A stretch of 40,918 nt of DNA from Bacteroidales bacterium (GTDB lineage Bacteria > Bacteroidota > Bacteroidia > Bacteroidales > JAADGE01). This document shows positions 37,215 to 40,918 of this stretch, piece by piece. The translations under genes were made by a program, and so were the position numbers. Positions within the stretch are counted from its first letter, which is position 1; each line of letters starts with the position of its first letter. The notes under the pieces were generated by a model. The model saw only the letters and a list, made by a program, of their open reading frames with translations, ran no database searches and was not told where the DNA came from. The stretch is taken from positions 1 to 40,918 of the forward strand of contig JAOZLS010000002.1 of the NCBI GenBank assembly GCA_029934705.1. The letters are read 5' to 3'.

Positions 37215-37940
37215 TCAACTATAAATTTGCCTTAAAATATCCAGCGATTTAATTTTGCCTGGCTTATCAAGATGAATATTACAGTAATCAATTAATAATT
37301 CTATTGTATTACTCCTTAACGATTTACCAACAACTAATTTATGTGAATCTTCAATTTCGATATTAAATAATTTATAAAAAAACTCACTCTGTATTTCATC
37401 AGCAAAATCGGTATGTAAAGGTCGTCCTACAATAAATTTACCAGCATGAAAATCGAATATTTTTTTACTCTCCGAATAAGTATTTTCAGGATGAATACCC
37501 AAATATATTAACATTTTAAAAAGCATAACAACATGAAAATTTGCGATACTCTCAGCCGTCTCATCTAAAACATTTATTGTATTGCTCAAGAACAGGTAAA
37601 GCTCAATATCTTTATCATCTTCTTTTAAAGTTTTATTAATAAACTCGCTTAAAAACAGCGATGTAGTTTTTTTAATATGCGAAAAAGGAATACTTTTAAA
37701 AGGAATTTTCAACGAAAACTCTTTCATTTTCTGAAAATTAGACGATTCTTTATAATTTAATTCAATATTTAGTATATATAAAGGCTGGAGGAGGCTTACT
37801 TTAGTTTTAGAAGCCTTGGAATTACTTATATATATCATAAAAGTTAATTTGCCAAAATCTTTAGTTAAAATGGTGCAAATAATACTTTTATCATTATATT
37901 TAATTCTATTCAATACTATTCCCTCTGTCTTTTGTAGCAT
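37215..37940 (-). CDS. recO: DNA repair/recombination mediator RecO
   Basis: 241 aa. The N-terminal OB-fold signature is TEGIVLNRIKYNDKSIICTILTKDFGKL, and size and layout are typical of Bacteroidota RecO. Confidence 0.8.
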   Translation of the reverse strand: MLQKTEGIVLNRIKYNDKSIICTILTKDFGKLTFMIYISNSKASKTKVSLLQPLYILNIELNYKESSNFQKMKEFSLKIPFKSIPFSHIKKTTSLFLSEFINKTLKEDDKDIELYLFLSNTINVLDETAESIANFHVVMLFKMLIYLGIHPENTYSESKKIFDFHAGKFIVGRPLHTDFADEIQSEFFYKLFNIEIEDSHKLVVGKSLRSNTIELLIDYCNIHLDKPGKIKSLDILRQIYS

Positions 37941-37986
37941 TTATGATTTTTTGTAAAAGTAAAAAGTTATTTTAATTAAATAAACT

Positions 37987-38017
37987 TTTGTCAGAGAAAA
38001 ATAAAGAACTAACTTTG
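37987..38017 (+). promoter_or_regulatory. Bacteroidota-type promoter for rpsP (-33 TTTG / -7 TAnnTTTG)
   Basis: TTTG lies at 37987-37990, a 19-bp spacer follows, and TAACTTTG lies at 38010-38017. The last element ends 33 nt upstream of the rpsP ATG. Spacing and motifs match the -33/-7 consensus described for Bacteroides and Flavobacterium housekeeping promoters. Confidence 0.45.
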
Positions 38018-38050
38018 CAGGAATTTTTTAATTAACTAAATTTATTTACA

Positions 38051-38668
38051 ATGCCTGTAAAGATCAGATTAGCAAGACATGGTCGCAAAAGAAGACCATT
38101 TTATTACATTGTTGCTGCAGACAGCAGGGCGCCGCGAGACGGTAGGTACATTGAGAGAATCGGTTCGTATAATCCGAACACCGATCCTGCCACAATTGAT
38201 CTAAATTTTGACAAGGCTATGCTTTGGCTTAAAAACGGTGCTGTTCCAACTGATACATGTAGAGCGATACTTTCTTACGAAGGGGTTATGTATAAAAACC
38301 ACTTAGTAAAAGGAATTGCAAAAAACGCATTAACAGAAGAACAAGCTGACGCTAAATTCCAGGAATGGAAAGAAACTAAATTAGCTAAAATTGAGGCTAA
38401 AAAAGACAAATTAGCGAAAAATGCAACAATTTCTCTTAACAAAAAACTAGAAGCAGAGACTGAGGTTAACACCAAACGTGCTGAAGAGTTAGCTAAGAAG
38501 AATGTTGTAGTAGAAGAAACTCCTGAAGTAGAAGCAGAAGTAACTGAAACAGAAAATACTGTAGAAGTTGTTGCTGAAGAAACGAAAGTTGAAGAAACTA
38601 AAGTTGAAGAGACCAAAGTTGAAGAAACTAAAGTTGAAGCAAAAGTAGAAGACAAAAAAGAAGGATAA
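38051..38668 (+). CDS. rpsP: 30S ribosomal protein S16 with a long Lys/Glu/Ala/Thr-rich C-terminal extension
   Basis: The N-terminal ~85 aa (MPVKIRLARHGRKRRPFYYIVAADSRAPRDGRYIERIGSYNP...) are canonical S16. The remaining ~120 aa are low-complexity and end in four EETKV repeats. Confidence 0.95.
   Translation: MPVKIRLARHGRKRRPFYYIVAADSRAPRDGRYIERIGSYNPNTDPATIDLNFDKAMLWLKNGAVPTDTCRAILSYEGVMYKNHLVKGIAKNALTEEQADAKFQEWKETKLAKIEAKKDKLAKNATISLNKKLEAETEVNTKRAEELAKKNVVVEETPEVEAEVTETENTVEVVAEETKVEETKVEETKVEETKVEAKVEDKKEG
38576..38647 (+). repeat. In-frame 15-bp tandem repeat (4 full units plus a partial) inside rpsP
   Basis: The units are GAAGAAACGAAAGTT, GAAGAAACTAAAGTT, GAAGAGACCAAAGTT and GAAGAAACTAAAGTT, followed by GAAGCAAAAGTA. 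They encode (EETKV)x4-EAKV. Confidence 0.9.
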
Positions 38669-38673
38669 TTTTC

Positions 38674-39201
38674 ATGAAAGAAATTTCAGATATTGAGTTT
38701 ATCAAAATCGGGAAAATTATTAAGACTCACAGTTTTAAAGGTGAGTTAGTGGTAAAGCTTTTTATAGAGTTTAACCAAATTTTAAAAACGGAACTGTTCT
38801 TTGTCAATATTGACGGAATAACAGTTCCGTTTTTTACTTCCCAAAATATTCGATCTTTTAAAAAATCGCAAATGCTTATTATGTTCGAAGATATTGACTC
38901 CGACATAAAAGCAACAAAACTTATTAATAGCGATATTTTTTTAGAAAATATAAATATTGAAGAAGTTTTTGAAGAAGAAAGTCAAAGTTTAGAAAATTTC
39001 AAAGTCTATAATAACAAAGTTTTTTTAGGCTCTGTCGAAAGTTTTTTAAACATCCCATCCAACCCAATATTAAGCATTTTAACTCCCGACAACGAAGAAA
39101 TACTTATACCATACAACGATAATTTTATAGAAAAAACCGACTACAAAAAAGAAGAAATTTACTTAAACCTCCCCCAAGACCTTTTAAATATTAATAACTA
39201 A
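38674..39201 (+). CDS. rimM: 16S rRNA processing protein RimM
   Basis: 175 aa. It starts 5 nt after rpsP, the conserved rpsP-rimM order. The N-terminal motif is IGKIIKTHSFKGELVV, and a C-terminal PRC-barrel-like part is present (ILIPYNDNFI). Confidence 0.85.
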   Translation: MKEISDIEFIKIGKIIKTHSFKGELVVKLFIEFNQILKTELFFVNIDGITVPFFTSQNIRSFKKSQMLIMFEDIDSDIKATKLINSDIFLENINIEEVFEEESQSLENFKVYNNKVFLGSVESFLNIPSNPILSILTPDNEEILIPYNDNFIEKTDYKKEEIYLNLPQDLLNINN

Positions 39202-39301
39202 TACTTGAAAACACAAAATTGCTTACATCGCCCCTAACCAACACAGCTTGTATTAGATTTATATTACATATTGGATGAGCAATAAATGTAATTTTAGAAT
39301 C

Positions 39302-40519
39302 TTATGCTGAAAGAATTTTATTTAATTTATCTGACTGAGACGATAACAATTCAATATTTGACGCAAGGCTTTCCGAAACGGCAGCATTATTTTGTGCAGA
39401 CCTATTAATATCTTCCATAGCAGCATTTATGTGCCTAACGCTTACTTCCTGTTCTGCAAGAGCCTCCGAGATTGAGGATGAATATTCTGCAGATTGTTTA
39501 ATTTTTGAAATAATATTTTTCAAATTAATATCGGCAGTATCAGAAACATTTATACTTTCAGATATTAATTTTATAATTTCATTTGCAGACTTTTTACTAT
39601 GAAGAGATAATTTTTTTATTTCAGATGCTACAACAGAAAATCCTCTACCTGCAATTCCTGCATGCGAAGCTTCAATAGCAGCATTCAAAGCTAGCAAATT
39701 GGTTTTAAATGCAATGTCGTTTACTAATTCTATTTTTTTAGAAATTTCTTTGTTTGCCAATAACGATTTTTGAATAGAACCAATACTTTTCTGCGATAAT
39801 CTTGAGGTACTTCTTGCCAAATCAGATGTTTGTTTTGAATGCTCGGCATTTTGAATTATTGAGTTAACAACCTCTTCAATTGCCGTTGAAACTTCTTCTA
39901 CATTTGCTGCTTGTTTGCTATTACTAGAGTTTATTTGGTTCGACGATGATTTTATTTCATCAGATAATGTCTCAAGAATTTTACTTGTTTCTTTTACCGA
40001 ACCAAATAGTTCTTCCAGTTTTAAATTTTGTTTTAATGTTTTTTTTGCACTTTCTTCAGCAATAACAATTGCTTCTTGTGTAAATTTTTTACCGTAAAAA
40101 ACTACTACGGTTATAATTATTAGAGCTACGGGAAAATTAACCGATGCGACTTTTGCTATTTCGCTTTCGCCAAACATATTTATTATTGTATTGGCATACC
40201 AAAAATTTGTTACTAATATAAGTACTGCGTTAATAATTAATACTTTTTTACTAGAAAAAAGCAAACTAAATGTCAATGAGGCCAACATCATATACATACC
40301 TTGAACAAAATTAATTTCGGGTAACGGTGGGTAAATAAATACACCTGTACCTAAAGCCATCACAACAATGGTTGAAATTGAAAAAAAATTCCCTGCCACT
40401 TGCGAATTCATAAACTTTAATAACGATAGTGTTACAAAAGGGATAGCAAGAAGCATTAATGTGCTATATATTAAATTTACATCTTCTGGTTTTGTAATAA
40501 TAGTTATAATTAAAACCAT
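39302..40519 (-). CDS. Methyl-accepting chemotaxis protein-like transducer (multi-TM N-terminus plus MCP signalling domain)
   Basis: 405 aa. About 5 hydrophobic helices occupy the first ~145 aa, and I could not recognise a HAMP domain. A coiled-coil cytoplasmic domain follows with the highly conserved hairpin-tip motif [32 protein letters not shown]. The exact start is uncertain. Confidence 0.85.
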   Translation of the reverse strand: MVLIITIITKPEDVNLIYSTLMLLAIPFVTLSLLKFMNSQVAGNFFSISTIVVMALGTGVFIYPPLPEINFVQGMYMMLASLTFSLLFSSKKVLIINAVLILVTNFWYANTIINMFGESEIAKVASVNFPVALIIITVVVFYGKKFTQEAIVIAEESAKKTLKQNLKLEELFGSVKETSKILETLSDEIKSSSNQINSSNSKQAANVEEVSTAIEEVVNSIIQNAEHSKQTSDLARSTSRLSQKSIGSIQKSLLANKEISKKIELVNDIAFKTNLLALNAAIEASHAGIAGRGFSVVASEIKKLSLHSKKSANEIIKLISESINVSDTADINLKNIISKIKQSAEYSSSISEALAEQEVSVRHINAAMEDINRSAQNNAAVSESLASNIELLSSQSDKLNKILSA

Positions 40520-40918
40520 TATTGATAATACAAACGTTAATAAATTTATAATAATTAATGCCTTATTAATTTTTGTTTTAAGGAATGAAGCTGAGTTTTC
40601 TTTTTAAAAAAAAATAGAATAGATACCTTTCATTTACGTAAACATTTCATGTATATTAATATAAATAAAGCAATAACTATGCCCTGTAATTTTATTAAAC
40701 TACTTATTTGATTCCTTTTAAACTGTAAACACGATATTATGCTAGCACAAGCTCATAGCTCATGTCCGGAATTAAAATAAACAAAAGAGAAATATTTTTA
40801 CTTATGAGTAGTAAATATTAATTTGAAAATACCGACGGAAATTATTATCGTGGGCAAAAAGTCCTCAGTTCGGACGAGGCTGTCAAAACAAAACGTTCGG
40901 CTTAGGCTCTTGCCTAAG

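Noticed and set aside
37015-37218. 67-aa minus-strand ORF overlapping the recO stop (TTG start)
   Set aside because: It spans the intergenic repeat elements. Its IPPFKGVRGI segment is simply the translated C5/G5 hairpin, a common source of spurious mini-ORF annotations.
38275-38655. 126-aa minus-strand ORF (Ser/Thr/Val-rich) opposite rpsP
   Set aside because: It is the reverse-frame artefact of the low-complexity Glu/Lys/Thr tail and the 15-bp tandem repeat of S16.
38300-38668. The S16 C-terminal extension as a gene fusion or frameshift artefact
   Set aside because: The frame is continuous from a canonical S16 core. Charged tails on S16 are, as far as I recall, widespread in Bacteroidota. 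rimM follows 5 nt later as expected.
1-40918. CRISPR arrays, tRNA/rRNA genes, integrases, transposases, prophage modules, restriction-modification or other recognisable defence operons
   Set aside because: I scanned both strands and the ORF list. There are no regularly spaced direct repeats, no cloverleaf-like G/C-rich 70-90-nt units, and no ORF with recombinase, transposase, RT, Cas, methyltransferase or helicase-nuclease signatures.

Overview
This is an AT-rich chromosomal segment that looks like Bacteroidota. The basis is three proteins ending in T9SS-type C-terminal sorting domains, a fused lpxC-fabZ gene, glmS / DUF4270-like lipoprotein / short glycogen-synthase-like / panC synteny, an S16 with a long charged tail, and TAnnTTTG-type promoter boxes. 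I support about 30 protein genes and found no rRNA, tRNA, CRISPR array, transposase, integrase or phage structural gene. Most of the window is housekeeping: a TPR hybrid sensor kinase, methylmalonyl-CoA mutase small and large subunits, glmS, panC, an HD phosphohydrolase, lpxD-lpxC/fabZ-lpxA, kbl, a second sensor kinase, a gmhA-yifB-beta-barrel block, rdgB, a PorZ-like T9SS protein, recO, rpsP-rimM and an MCP-like protein. The accessory-looking part is roughly 25.3-33.9 kb. It holds an XRE regulator plus a Kv-type K+ channel with a C-terminal zinc ribbon, DUF808, a T9SS-secreted EEP nuclease/phosphatase, an uncharacterised 383-aa glycine-zipper membrane protein, a small secreted protein, a T9SS BNR/sialidase-like propeller, and a ParE/RelE-type toxin whose upstream antitoxin frame carries an in-frame TAA. 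I cannot demonstrate a complete novel multi-gene system from sequence alone. The best leads are: (a) the glycine-zipper membrane protein and its secreted neighbours; (b) the toxin with an interrupted antitoxin; (c) a 142-nt nested-palindrome element followed by a 31-codon hydrophobic mini-ORF at the left edge; (d) a family of G/C-rich palindromic intergenic elements; (e) an isolated MCP gene with no che genes in the window; (f) a monocistronic ORFan between the lpx operon and kbl. All functional calls rest on my recognition of motifs in the supplied translations; no database search was run.
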